A DNA stretch of 43,306 nt from a virus (taxonomy: Duplodnaviria; Heunggongvirae; Uroviricota; Caudoviricetes): the IMG/VR virus record IMGVR_UViG_3300025133_000025; one strand, written 5' to 3'. Position 1 is the stretch's first letter. Each line of letters starts with the position of its first letter. Below the pieces are notes generated by a model. The model made no database searches. It was not told where the DNA came from and saw nothing but the letters and a program-made list of their open reading frames with translations. Positions 28,846-37,187 of the stretch are shown here, one piece after another. A program made the translations under genes and the position numbers.

Positions 28846-29413
28846 CTTTTATATCTTGATTGATCTTGAGGCAACATGCTGGAGAGGCGGAAAGCCAAGG
28901 AGGTCGGAGATTATTGAGATTGGCGCCACCTGTATTGATTCAAAAACGCTCGATGTTGTCGATAAATTTCAGACATTTGTAAAACCCGTTGTTAACCCGA
29001 TTTTAAGTGAGTTCTGTAATGAGCTGACGACCATCGAGCAGACTGACGTAGACAATGCACCAGAATTCTCTGTGGCAATGTCGATGTTTTATGGCTGGGT
29101 TGACGAGAAAGAAGGAAGCTGGCTGTGGGGCTCTTGGGGAGATTATGACCGTAGGATGTTTGAGCGTGATTGCCAATTTAAGAAGGTTGAATATTTATTC
29201 CCCGCCCACTTCAACGTGAAAGTTGAATTTGGAGAATGGGAAAGAAATGTCTTCAGGCCAGACGGGAAAACGAAGGGGTGGGGAATGGCAAAAGCACTTG
29301 CAAAGCTAAACATGACCCTGGAGGGTGTCCCCCACCGCGCAGACTCTGACGCACTTAATATTTCACGTATCTTCAAGCATATTCGAACGCGGACTGATCT
29401 ACTTAAGGCGTAA
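28820..29413 (+). CDS. DEDDh 3'-5' exonuclease (DnaQ/ERI-1-like)
   Basis: Exo I motif ILIDLEATCW (D-x-E), and GVPHRADSDALN (H-x4-D Exo III of DEDDh). Confidence 0.65.
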   Translation: MKGSEMTPDFYILIDLEATCWRGGKPRRSEIIEIGATCIDSKTLDVVDKFQTFVKPVVNPILSEFCNELTTIEQTDVDNAPEFSVAMSMFYGWVDEKEGSWLWGSWGDYDRRMFERDCQFKKVEYLFPAHFNVKVEFGEWERNVFRPDGKTKGWGMAKALAKLNMTLEGVPHRADSDALNISRIFKHIRTRTDLLKA

Positions 29414-29697
29414 TGGACACCATGCAACACATTGTACAACAGCTGCGTAATCTCGGCCTCCCAGCCGATGTTACTGACAGGGGTGAGTTCATTATGGAAG
29501 GTGGTATTATTCTTCGAACTGCAGTTCCTGGGAAGGGTCTTCTTGAGACTTATCGCCAAATTTATCCGGCCGGGCTTGACATTCTTGTTGATGAGCTGGC
29601 GTCAGCTGTTCACAATGAGGTTGATGAAATTCGGAGATCTGGGAATGCAGGGCGGCCAATGTTTTCAGATCTGCTTAAGCAACTTAACCTTAAGTAA
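29413..29697 (+). CDS. Hypothetical protein
   Basis: 94 aa; ATG overlaps the preceding TAA (TAATG). Confidence 0.5.
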   Translation: MDTMQHIVQQLRNLGLPADVTDRGEFIMEGGIILRTAVPGKGLLETYRQIYPAGLDILVDELASAVHNEVDEIRRSGNAGRPMFSDLLKQLNLK

Positions 29698-29826
29698 AAT
29701 ATATCACTTCCTGCCATCTAGAAGCAGAAACACTTGGCAGAATTTGAATGTTTAAAATCATTAATAAAGAGACAACCAGCTAGTAATTTCGTTAAACATT
29801 TTCGCTAATTAGAAAGGCTTTGTATC

Positions 29827-30108
29827 ATGCAAGATATTGAAACAAAAACAACACGCATTCCAATTCGAGAAGCCCGCAAGGTGATCGGTCTCACAGAAAA
29901 AATTCCAATCTTTGATAATGGTGATGGAATTGTTCTTGTAAGTAAATTCATTCTGGATGAAAATTTGCTTCCAAATGACAGCCATGCGCTGCAAGCAAAA
30001 AGCCTTATTGACTTGATGGCTCGTCGCCGCCCAACTGACACAGTTGATATTCCAGAGCGAGGGTGGGATGCAATCATGGTTGAATACAAAAAGTGGACTG
30101 ACCCGTAA
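29827..30108 (+). CDS. Hypothetical protein
   Basis: 93-aa ORF after a 129-bp AT-rich spacer. Confidence 0.5.
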   Translation: MQDIETKTTRIPIREARKVIGLTEKIPIFDNGDGIVLVSKFILDENLLPNDSHALQAKSLIDLMARRRPTDTVDIPERGWDAIMVEYKKWTDP

Positions 30109-30152
30109 TACTTTTAAATTTCTGAGCAATTAAGAAAGTATTACAATTAAAT

Positions 30153-30578
30153 ATGGGAACACCATTAATCCAATTGATCACACTGTTTGCCTGCTTGGTG
30201 GGCTTTATAGTTTTTATCCTCTACCTTCGTGGAGAAACTGAGGAAGAAACTGGTGAAGTTGTTGCGCTTCCAATACTCAAAGCACGATTTCCACCACTGT
30301 TGACCGCTGCTGAGATTATCTCTGCGGTCCAGCCGATGATGACTGGTACACCGGGTCACTTCTATTTTGTGGATGAGGCGGGTGAACCAATTGGTGATCG
30401 CGATTCACCAAAATCTGTTGAAGAGTTAGAACTTGAGTATCTACAAAAATCTGCAGATAGAGAGCGCCACAGTCACTGGGCATATTGCGTTAGCTGTGAC
30501 TGGAATGATGAAGGTTACCAAGCCTTAACAGATGATGGTGAGTATGCTTGCCCGCTTTGCGGCAGTAATATAACATGA
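30153..30578 (+). CDS. Membrane-anchored protein with a C-terminal zinc ribbon
   Basis: N-terminal TM helix LIQLITLFACLVGFIVFILYL; C-terminal CVSC...x19...CPLC. Confidence 0.5.
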   Translation: MGTPLIQLITLFACLVGFIVFILYLRGETEEETGEVVALPILKARFPPLLTAAEIISAVQPMMTGTPGHFYFVDEAGEPIGDRDSPKSVEELELEYLQKSADRERHSHWAYCVSCDWNDEGYQALTDDGEYACPLCGSNIT

Positions 30579-30676
30579 AAATTCGCTGGACAACACTCTT
30601 TTGCTGGAGTATGATTGTTCTTTGGATTTTAACATTCTTTGGAGGTTGTTTCATAGCAGCCTTCCTAGCAGCCTAG
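30575..30676 (+). CDS. Possible 33-aa hydrophobic peptide
   Basis: ATGA overlap with the preceding stop; encodes MKIRWTTLFCWSMIVLWILTFFGGCFIAAFLAA; not in the ORF track because it is under 60 aa. Confidence 0.3.
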   Translation: MKIRWTTLFCWSMIVLWILTFFGGCFIAAFLAA

Positions 30677-30682
30677 GCCAAT

Positions 30683-30895
30683 ATGCAACCTGTAGCAATC
30701 TATAAATGCTCGCATTGTAGTTATGAGTGGTCTGCCGTTGTCCAACAGGGCTTTTCGCCGCAAAATTGCCCAAAATGTAAGTTAAATTACTTCGAATGGG
30801 TGAATTATGACGATCTGGAGGCCTCTGGTATCTTTGAGATGAGTCCAGATGAAATTTCTGGTGAACCTTCATGTAAAATAAAGATTGGCACTTAA
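30683..30895 (+). CDS. Zinc-ribbon protein
   Basis: 70 aa; CSHC...x17...CPKC. Confidence 0.45.
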   Translation: MQPVAIYKCSHCSYEWSAVVQQGFSPQNCPKCKLNYFEWVNYDDLEASGIFEMSPDEISGEPSCKIKIGT

Positions 30896-30904
30896 GGAAT
30901 AGAG

Positions 30905-31144
30905 ATGACATATACAATTTTGAGAAAGCAAGAAAGTGCTGAGTTTACTCGTATTATTGAATTTCGCTTCGCGTTTTCATCATTTACACACACAGAGGAT
31001 ATTGAGAATGCAATTGAAGAAGCATTGTATCACATTCGTTGTCACGGGCAAGCAGGGCAGATCGGCGAAGAGGGGCGAATTAATGCGGCGTTTGACAAGA
31101 TCAAAATCAGCGAATTGGCAAGTGCCAGTTGGGAAAAGCAGTGA
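30905..31144 (+). CDS. Hypothetical protein
   Basis: 79 aa; SD AAGGAA upstream. Confidence 0.5.
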   Translation: MTYTILRKQESAEFTRIIEFRFAFSSFTHTEDIENAIEEALYHIRCHGQAGQIGEEGRINAAFDKIKISELASASWEKQ

Positions 31145-31294
31145 GTCCTGAAACGGAGCAATTGCTGGCCATTTTAAAAGAAATTGCCAGTACGGGTGAT
31201 TTACAAGAAGTTTATGATATTATGCCTGACTGCGGAGCTCCGCTGGACGCGGCGGTATGGAATTGGATTGAGGCAGGTTGCCCAGACGCTGATT
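31141..31294 (+). CDS. Possible small ORF (GTG start)
   Basis: GTGA overlap with the preceding stop; 51 aa ending at the TAG at 31292-31294, convergent with the kinase operon end. Confidence 0.25.
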
Positions 31295-32600
31295 AGTGAA
31301 AGCGAAACAGGCCAAGGTCAGCTGCGACAATTGCTCTGTCTGTCGGGCGAATAAGAACATTACCTCTATGCAAATCAACGAAGCGCATTCCATGTTTTTC
31401 GTACATGTAGTGAAGTGCATTCACAAGACCTGAGAGTCCTGACTTCTCCGCAGTTTTTTTCTGCATTTTCAAGATTGCATCCTGCGTTTCTGGATCTTTA
31501 CTTCCTTTAAAGTCTCTAGCAAAATACGCGCCAGCCTTATCAGCAATGCCATGTGCCTTCCAAGTTTGATGCTTGTCGTAACCCTTTGGCACAATCCCAG
31601 TTCGGACGCCAATCTTAACAGAGGCGTCCAGCCACTTTTTAAATTTAGGTATACCCTGTTCATTTTGCGACAGATCAGCAAATTTCCGCATATGCTGCGC
31701 GAAAGTCTCGGCGACCTTGTCACTAAGATTTAATGATTTGTAAAGCGCCTTAAGGATGATTGCAACCTTATCATCATCTTTCATTGCAATCCATAATAGA
31801 TCTTCTTTTGCTTCGCCATGCGGATTCTTTGGCCCCTTTGGGGCTTTTGGAATTTCCCATGGCTTTTCAATGCGTTTCAAATATTCACCAGCCTTGACAG
31901 CACCTGGAAGTTCATCAAGCTTCTCCATTAGAACAATGGGAAATTCTTTTCCAGTTCGCCTGATAAGCCAGACGCCATAAATCTTCGGAAAGTGTTTAGC
32001 GACATCTGGTGGCAATTGTTCATACAGGTTAGCAATGGTCTTATACGGTTCGATGTTGTCAGCACGGTTCGATGTGGGAATTTTTAATGCCATGGCCTGG
32101 CCGTTGTCAGGCATAAATTCAAAGACTGTGCCAAATGCACCGATGCCAAGAAAGGCGCCGACATCACCGGGCGGAAGAATCTTTTGCATGTGCCCTGAAA
32201 AAGCTTCGCCCTTTTCTTGACTAAAATATGTAGATGACGCACGCTTCAAGAAATCGTTTGAAAGATTAGCAGGGTTTTTCTTTGACGGCGTTTCAAGATC
32301 CGGATCGACGTAGATGGCGACTGCAGTCGGTTCCTGACCATGCTTTGTATCCAGGCTTCCACCCCTCCGCCGCCTCCTTCCGCCTACAGGCACTGTAGCT
32401 GGAAGTTCCTCTGCATTGATTGGACCGTGTGATGTAGGCGGCGTCTCAGGCCAGTCTTCCTTTTCTGCAACAAGGCCTGAATATTCCTTAACAACAGTTA
32501 CTGATATACTGTCAACATCATCATCTTCCTGATCATAGATATTTTCAATTACGCGATTGTAATTTTCAAGTGCGAGGAGCTGTGTTATTGTTGGAAACAT
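31293..32600 (-). CDS. Protein-kinase-like fold protein K1 (truncated ePK-like; ends 6 aa after the DLG)
   Basis: Gly-loop LGIGAFGTVFEF, AMALKI (VAIK-like Lys), catalytic loop VDLHRGNVLI, Mg-binding VAADLGLFRFH at the extreme C-terminus. Confidence 0.6.
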   Translation of the reverse strand: MFPTITQLLALENYNRVIENIYDQEDDDVDSISVTVVKEYSGLVAEKEDWPETPPTSHGPINAEELPATVPVGGRRRRRGGSLDTKHGQEPTAVAIYVDPDLETPSKKNPANLSNDFLKRASSTYFSQEKGEAFSGHMQKILPPGDVGAFLGIGAFGTVFEFMPDNGQAMALKIPTSNRADNIEPYKTIANLYEQLPPDVAKHFPKIYGVWLIRRTGKEFPIVLMEKLDELPGAVKAGEYLKRIEKPWEIPKAPKGPKNPHGEAKEDLLWIAMKDDDKVAIILKALYKSLNLSDKVAETFAQHMRKFADLSQNEQGIPKFKKWLDASVKIGVRTGIVPKGYDKHQTWKAHGIADKAGAYFARDFKGSKDPETQDAILKMQKKTAEKSGLSGLVNALHYMYEKHGMRFVDLHRGNVLIRPTDRAIVAADLGLFRFH

Positions 32601-33349
32601 TAGCGGAAAAGTCCAATATCTGAGACAACAAGCGATTTGTCAGTCGGGCGCACCATTATATTGCCGTGGTGCAGATCGTCAGGTTCGATATTCTGAAAAT
32701 CGATTAAATCTTCCATGGCATGATAGAACGTCGCCACACCTATGAACTCTGCAGTTGCAGCGTCAACATTTGACGTAAGGCTATAATCTGGTAGTTTGCC
32801 GGTTATAATCGCTTTACGCAGTAATTTCTCCATTTTGATCGGGAGAGGTTCAAGATATTCCATAAGGGTAATGACAAGACCTGAGTCAGGAATAAGCCAC
32901 GCTGCAGAAGGTCGACCTGATTCAGGAATAAGCCACGCAGCATAGATTTTCGGGAGGTGGCGGGCAGTTCCAGGCTTCGACGTGCCCTTTGCACGGGCCA
33001 CAAGTTTGTAAGCATCCGGCTCATCCTCACTGATTTTCAACGCCATCCTCGGCCCATGATCGGGAACGAAGTCCCAAACAACACCATAGGACCCCTGTCC
33101 AAGTACATCCTTGATTGTTCCTGCAGGCAAAAGTTGCTCCAGAGCAGACCTTACGTCAGCAGTGAAAATGCTATCGCGCGGAATACCATCAACATGCCCG
33201 GGTTCTGCAAGGGTCGGATCAACATAGATTTCTTTATATGCAAGATTTTGCACATGACCTGTTCGGGCACCTTGTTGTTCAAGCAATTGAACCATTGTAG
33301 GAAGCAGATCAATCATATTTGTAGAAGTTACCGATGTCAGCAACAACAA
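32600..33349 (-). CDS. Protein-kinase-like fold protein K2 (paralog; ends right after the DIG)
   Basis: LGQGSYGVVWDF, RMALKI, HLPKIYAAW, ITLMEYLEPLP, DDLHHGNIMVRPTD, VVSDIGLFR-stop. Confidence 0.6.
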   Translation of the reverse strand: MLLLTSVTSTNMIDLLPTMVQLLEQQGARTGHVQNLAYKEIYVDPTLAEPGHVDGIPRDSIFTADVRSALEQLLPAGTIKDVLGQGSYGVVWDFVPDHGPRMALKISEDEPDAYKLVARAKGTSKPGTARHLPKIYAAWLIPESGRPSAAWLIPDSGLVITLMEYLEPLPIKMEKLLRKAIITGKLPDYSLTSNVDAATAEFIGVATFYHAMEDLIDFQNIEPDDLHHGNIMVRPTDKSLVVSDIGLFR

Positions 33350-34283
33350 GGTGCCCGTCAGATTTACGAACCATTACATTATCATCATGCAAGTCCTGCC
33401 AGCTTATGCCATATCTTTCATGAATCTCTCTCAGCGCTTCGTAAAATGGCAGGATACCGAGAGATTCAAGTTTATCGTCACCTTCATCACCCAGGTTCTT
33501 CCAATGCGCACGAGATGTTGGAGTTATAGTGAGCATCGCCCGGTTATAATCAAACACATCAAGTGAGTTGTGCATTCTTGGCCCGGGCCTAATTCCAACC
33601 TCCTTGGCGGAATCAATAATCGCATCACGCAATCGAGCAGCCTGAGCATCATCCTCAAAATCATGGGGAGCGTTGAGGTTGTATGTTCGGCGAAGTCCTG
33701 CCACAGCGTGAGGCAATCGCTCTACCAATTCCGGCCGTGTTTCTGTATCAAGCAGGCCGAGGGTGATTCGCATAAGCCGGCCAACACGTTTATCACTTTG
33801 CACAAATTCTTCCCATGACATCCTATTTTCAGGATCCCCGCGGACCATGGCTGTCTTAATATTCTTTGGAAGCGGCGACAGGATTTCCATAAGCGTTATA
33901 ACAGTTTCTGTATCGACAGACCAAATGCCATAGATTTTCGGGAGGTGGCGAATCAGTTCCCGCGGCGCTGTGTCGTAAATCTTTTGAATTTCTTCGTAGG
34001 CCTCCGGCTCATCCTCACTGATTTTCAATGCCATCATAGGTCCATCGTCAGGCTTGAAACGGTAGACAGTACCAAATGAACCAGCGCCGAGGCGGGTCTC
34101 TACAACCCCGGGTGGCAGCACGTCAGCAAGGGGCGCCGGGGCGAGCCGATGTCCCCGAAGAAGACGAAGATCAACAGATCCTGGACCCTTGTTAATTTCC
34201 AGTTCTGGTGACACAAAGATTTCCTTTGTTGAAGCTGCCTTTGCAGCTTCAACAACCAGGGTTTTCATTGTGGGAAATGTCAT
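33309..34283 (-). CDS. Protein-kinase-like fold protein K3 (paralog)
   Basis: LGAGSFGTVYRF (canonical GxGxFGxV), MMALKI, HLPKIYGIW, ITLMEILSPLP, QDLHDDNVMV, VVADIGNFYKYD-stop. Confidence 0.6.
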   Translation of the reverse strand: MTFPTMKTLVVEAAKAASTKEIFVSPELEINKGPGSVDLRLLRGHRLAPAPLADVLPPGVVETRLGAGSFGTVYRFKPDDGPMMALKISEDEPEAYEEIQKIYDTAPRELIRHLPKIYGIWSVDTETVITLMEILSPLPKNIKTAMVRGDPENRMSWEEFVQSDKRVGRLMRITLGLLDTETRPELVERLPHAVAGLRRTYNLNAPHDFEDDAQAARLRDAIIDSAKEVGIRPGPRMHNSLDVFDYNRAMLTITPTSRAHWKNLGDEGDDKLESLGILPFYEALREIHERYGISWQDLHDDNVMVRKSDGHLVVADIGNFYKYD

Positions 34284-35326
34284 ACAAATTCACCGATGTC
34301 AGACACAACAACGTCGTTTGTTCCAGCGCGCATCATGATGTTATCTGTTTTAAGGTCATGCCAATCAACATTATGCTTACTTGATATATATTCGAGCGTC
34401 GCGTAAAATGTACGAAGACCTGTTTTGGAGAGATAGTCAAAGTGCCTTTCCATTTCCCTTGAATCCGTTGGTTTCGATGTAGGAAGCATAACAGCTGTGG
34501 CAGCAGCAGAAGTCCAGGTGTGGGACATGAACTGCGTTAAGCGTTTAATCTCACTCGCATGCTCGGGATGTAGTTGAACAAGGAGATTGGCGATGAGTCC
34601 GGCGAAGGCCTCGGCTTGGGCCTGTGTTGGAGGTGTTTCTGAAAATCTCCAGCGTTTTCGAATTTGCGGAATGAGCTCATCTGCAACGACAGCATAGAGG
34701 TTTGGAATGATGCTGTGTAGTCGAAAAATTCCCTCGTAAACGTATGCTGCAATATTTGCATCATCAGCAATCCATTTTGACCAGTCAGGTTCATGACCAT
34801 GATATTCTTCATATTCAAAGAATCCGTCAAGGGCGTTCTGAATGGAGATGGGGAGTTTGCTGAGATGTTCCATCAAAATTACTGTTAGGGTTGTATTCTG
34901 CAGGGCCAATTCCCAGACGCCGAAAATCTTTGGGAGGTGCCTGCTGTGCAGTTCAGGGAGTTGCCCACGAATGGCATATACGTCGTCGTATGGTTTGGTA
35001 TCGTCGTCACCGATTTTCACAACCATAAGCGGTCCGAAATCCGGTTTAAATTCAAAAACAGAGCTGTGCGCTCCAGCACCTACATATTCACCCACATCAC
35101 CTGGTGGTAAAACGTTTTGTAAGGTCTGGAACACTATTTTATCAACCCTGGGAACACCCAGGTGGTCAGTGGCCCGATCGGCTGTGCGAAGTGCGTCCTG
35201 GATGCTAACAGTGGATTTCGTGCCAGCTGGACGGATCTCGTCGCGGATAATTTCCTTGACCGCAATTTTGTTGTTGTCACCCCTGGGCGACAGTTCTGTC
35301 AACAGGTTATGCATTGTGGGGAGCAT
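34280..35326 (-). CDS. Protein-kinase-like fold protein K4 (paralog; start uncertain)
   Basis: VGAGAHSSVFEF, LMVVKI, HLPKIFGVW, VILMEHLSKLP, HDLKTDNIMM (compare HRDLKPEN), VVVSDIGEFV-stop. The start was set at the Met (MLPTMHN) at 35326; the open frame continues to 35806, but that part translates tandem DNA repeats. Confidence 0.5.
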   Translation of the reverse strand: MLPTMHNLLTELSPRGDNNKIAVKEIIRDEIRPAGTKSTVSIQDALRTADRATDHLGVPRVDKIVFQTLQNVLPPGDVGEYVGAGAHSSVFEFKPDFGPLMVVKIGDDDTKPYDDVYAIRGQLPELHSRHLPKIFGVWELALQNTTLTVILMEHLSKLPISIQNALDGFFEYEEYHGHEPDWSKWIADDANIAAYVYEGIFRLHSIIPNLYAVVADELIPQIRKRWRFSETPPTQAQAEAFAGLIANLLVQLHPEHASEIKRLTQFMSHTWTSAAATAVMLPTSKPTDSREMERHFDYLSKTGLRTFYATLEYISSKHNVDWHDLKTDNIMMRAGTNDVVVSDIGEFV

Positions 35327-35402
35327 AACATATATAGTGTCCACGCTGCCATCTATGCCATGGTGTTTCGTGGCAACGATTTTTTCCAGAAATTTTTGTG
35401 CT

Positions 35403-35486
35403 GGCAGGGCTGTTCTGGTGGTGCAATCCTGGCAGAGCTGTTCTGGTGGTGCAATCCTGGCAGAGCTGTTCTGGTGGTGCAAATTC
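35403..35486. repeat. 28-bp tandem direct repeat x3 (GGCAGAGCTGTTCTGGTGGTGCAATCCT)
   Basis: Three head-to-tail copies; copy 1 has 1 mismatch and copy 3 diverges in its last 5 nt. Confidence 0.85.
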
Positions 35487-35698
35487 TCGAGAAGTTGTGC
35501 AGAGGCGTTGCGCGGCTTCGAGGCCTTTCTAAATCTCCAACAACCTATCTGAGGCCTTTCCGCAGGCCCTCGCCGGCCCGAGCTGGGTTGCGCCGACGGG
35601 CGGCTAGAAGGTCCCAACCTGGTATGGAAAGGCCCTGAGGGTGGTGTGGGGCAGGCCTTTCCATGGCGCCAGCACCAAGGCATGCCGTGCCGGCGAGG

Positions 35699-35806
35699 GC
35701 CTATCTTTCCGCAGGGCCTCCGACCACAAGATAGGTCTATCTTTCCGCAGGGCCTCCGACCACAAGATAGGCCTATCTTTCCGCAGGGCCTCCGACCACC
35801 AACCAC
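35699..35806. repeat. 36-bp tandem direct repeat x3 carrying the CTTTCCGCAG promoter upstream box
   Basis: GCCTATCTTTCCGCAGGGCCTCCGACCACAAGATAG x3. A fourth partial unit continues into promoter P1. Further degenerate copies of GGCCTTTCC(G/A) lie at 35554 and 35656. Confidence 0.85.
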
Positions 35807-35814
35807 GGTCTAGC

Positions 35815-35843
35815 TTTCCGCAGCACCACCGCCTTGGTATATT
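35815..35843 (+). promoter_or_regulatory. Cassette promoter P1: TTTCCG-N17-TATATT with TGG upstream (extended -10)
   Basis: gcTTTCCGcagcaccaccgcctTGGTATATT; 17-nt spacer; about 65 nt upstream of the ATG at 35910. Confidence 0.6.
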
Positions 35844-35909
35844 AATAACATAAGGGGCACGGACCAACCGGCAATAAAGCTGGAAGGCCGGCCCCCTGGA
35901 GATACTATC

Positions 35910-36299
35910 ATGGCCAAGTGGAACCCCAGCTCGAAGGTGAACCAGAGCCACCTCCTGACCATCCTGCGCCGCGGCGGCAACGAGTACCTCGACATCGTCG
36001 AGCGCCTCTCCCACCGGGCCCAGAAGCCCAACGGTCCTGACGGCCTGAACGTGACCATCATCCGGGATGCGATCGAGCAGGGCTACCTCGCTACGGATGC
36101 TGAGGCCATCCTGTTCCCCTCCGAGGAGAACGTGAACAAGGCCAAGGTGGCCGCGGCCGAGGATGCCAAGGCGACGATGATCGACAACCTCCTGGAGCTC
36201 GGGCAGCAGGGAGCGGTCAACGCGATGATCCAGGCGGGGACGGTCAGCGCGGAGCTGGTCGCCGGCATCGAGGCCAGCCGGGCCGCCGAAGAGGCCTAG
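35910..36299 (+). CDS. MAK-family small protein, paralog 1 (unknown function)
   Basis: 129 aa; MAKWNPSSKVNQSH N-terminus shared with 3 other cassette ORFs; SD GGAGA 9 nt upstream; about 65% GC. Confidence 0.65.
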   Translation: MAKWNPSSKVNQSHLLTILRRGGNEYLDIVERLSHRAQKPNGPDGLNVTIIRDAIEQGYLATDAEAILFPSEENVNKAKVAAAEDAKATMIDNLLELGQQGAVNAMIQAGTVSAELVAGIEASRAAEEA

Positions 36300-36307
36300 G
36301 CCTGACA

Positions 36308-36336
36308 GGGCCGGCGGGGGCAACACCCGCCGGCCC
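36308..36336 (+). terminator. GC-rich hairpin (11-bp stem) after cassette 1
   Basis: GGGCCGGCGGG-gcaacac-CCCGCCGGCCC; no U-tract, so this may be an intrinsic-terminator variant or a processing/recombination site. Confidence 0.4.
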
Positions 36337-36393
36337 ACCCGTCTGGAGCTGGTCTCACCGGTCCTCAACCTCTCGGCTCCTCCACCCGGAGGG

Positions 36394-36413
36394 CCGAAGG
36401 TCCGGACCTTCGG
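36394..36413. repeat. Perfect 20-bp palindrome CCGAAGGTCCGGACCTTCGG
   Basis: Exact inverted repeat with no loop, in the inter-cassette spacer. Confidence 0.8.
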
Positions 36414-36469
36414 AGCCTAGGCTTTCCGCAGCCCTGCTGCCTAGGCCTTACAGCGTGGGCTGAGCTGGC

Positions 36470-36498
36470 TTTCCGCGGCACCACTGAAATGGTACAAT
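36470..36498 (+). promoter_or_regulatory. Cassette promoter P2: TTTCCG-N17-TACAAT with TGG upstream
   Basis: ggcTTTCCGcggcaccactgaaaTGGTACAAT; a near-duplicate of P3 including the downstream AAGGACGG(A/T)GGCCA. Confidence 0.6.
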
Positions 36499-36556
36499 AT
36501 AATTACAAGGACGGAGGCCATCATACAGATGGGCTGCCGATCCGACTGGAGCCACC

Positions 36557-36967
36557 ATGGCCAAGAAGAACCGCTGGAACCCCTCCTCCAAGGTCAACTG
36601 CAACCACGTCACGGGCATGCTCGCCAAGGGCACGGCGGAGTACAAGGACTGGGTCGGCCGGGCCTTCTCCGTCCCCGCCGACGCCGACGCCGAGTACTTC
36701 GAGGACATCATCCGCGAGGGCCACGAGGACGGCTACCTCACCGATGAGAATGTGGACACCCTGCTGGGTACGGGCCCCTCGACGAAGGACGTCCAGGCCG
36801 CCGCCGCCGGCAACGCCCAGGCCCAGATGATCTCCGGGCTGGCCAACGCCGGGCAGCACAGCGCGGTGGCCTCCATGATCGGCACGACCGTCTCGCAGGA
36901 CCAGGTCGACCAGGTCTACGAGGCGCTCAACCTGGACTTCGCCGCCTTGACCGCGCCGGAGGCCTAG
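36557..36967 (+). CDS. MAK-family small protein, paralog 2
   Basis: 136 aa; MAKKNRWNPSSKVNCNHVTGMLAKG...; the overlapping +/- ORFs at 36489-37024 are rejected as GC artefacts. Confidence 0.65.
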   Translation: MAKKNRWNPSSKVNCNHVTGMLAKGTAEYKDWVGRAFSVPADADAEYFEDIIREGHEDGYLTDENVDTLLGTGPSTKDVQAAAAGNAQAQMISGLANAGQHSAVASMIGTTVSQDQVDQVYEALNLDFAALTAPEA

Positions 36968-37049
36968 CCGGCCCAACCCTTCGCCCCGAGCACCATCGAA
37001 GCCATCGGCTACTAGCACCACCACAGTCGGCCTAGCAGGGAGGAGACTC

Positions 37050-37088
37050 TCTGTTAGGCCGGCCTAACAGCGACTGAGCAGCTCAGTC
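37050..37088. repeat. Two adjacent perfect palindromes (CTGTTAGGCCGGCCTAACAG; CGACTGAGC-a-GCTCAGTCG)
   Basis: A 20-bp exact palindrome followed directly by a 19-bp one, in the spacer after cassette 2. Confidence 0.8.
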
Positions 37089-37097
37089 GATTTAAGG

Positions 37098-37126
37098 TTT
37101 CCGCCGCACCACCGACTTGGTATAAT
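37098..37126 (+). promoter_or_regulatory. Cassette promoter P3: TTTCCG-N17-TATAAT with TGG upstream
   Basis: ggTTTCCGccgcaccaccgactTGGTATAAT. Confidence 0.6.
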
Positions 37127-37187
37127 TTAGGTATAAGGACGGTGGCCACCAAAACGGTGAATCACTGCTCCCGTTGGAGAATGAGAC

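Noticed and set aside
35327-35806. N-terminal 160 aa of the 508-aa ORF 34280-35806
   Set aside because: It is a translation of the 28-bp and 36-bp tandem DNA repeats and GC-rich spacer (GRRPCGKIGLSC x3). The repeat periods are not multiples of 3 in the 28-mer, so it is likely non-coding.
35403-35806. CRISPR array?
   Set aside because: The 28-bp and 36-bp repeats are directly tandem with no unique spacers between copies. This is not CRISPR architecture.
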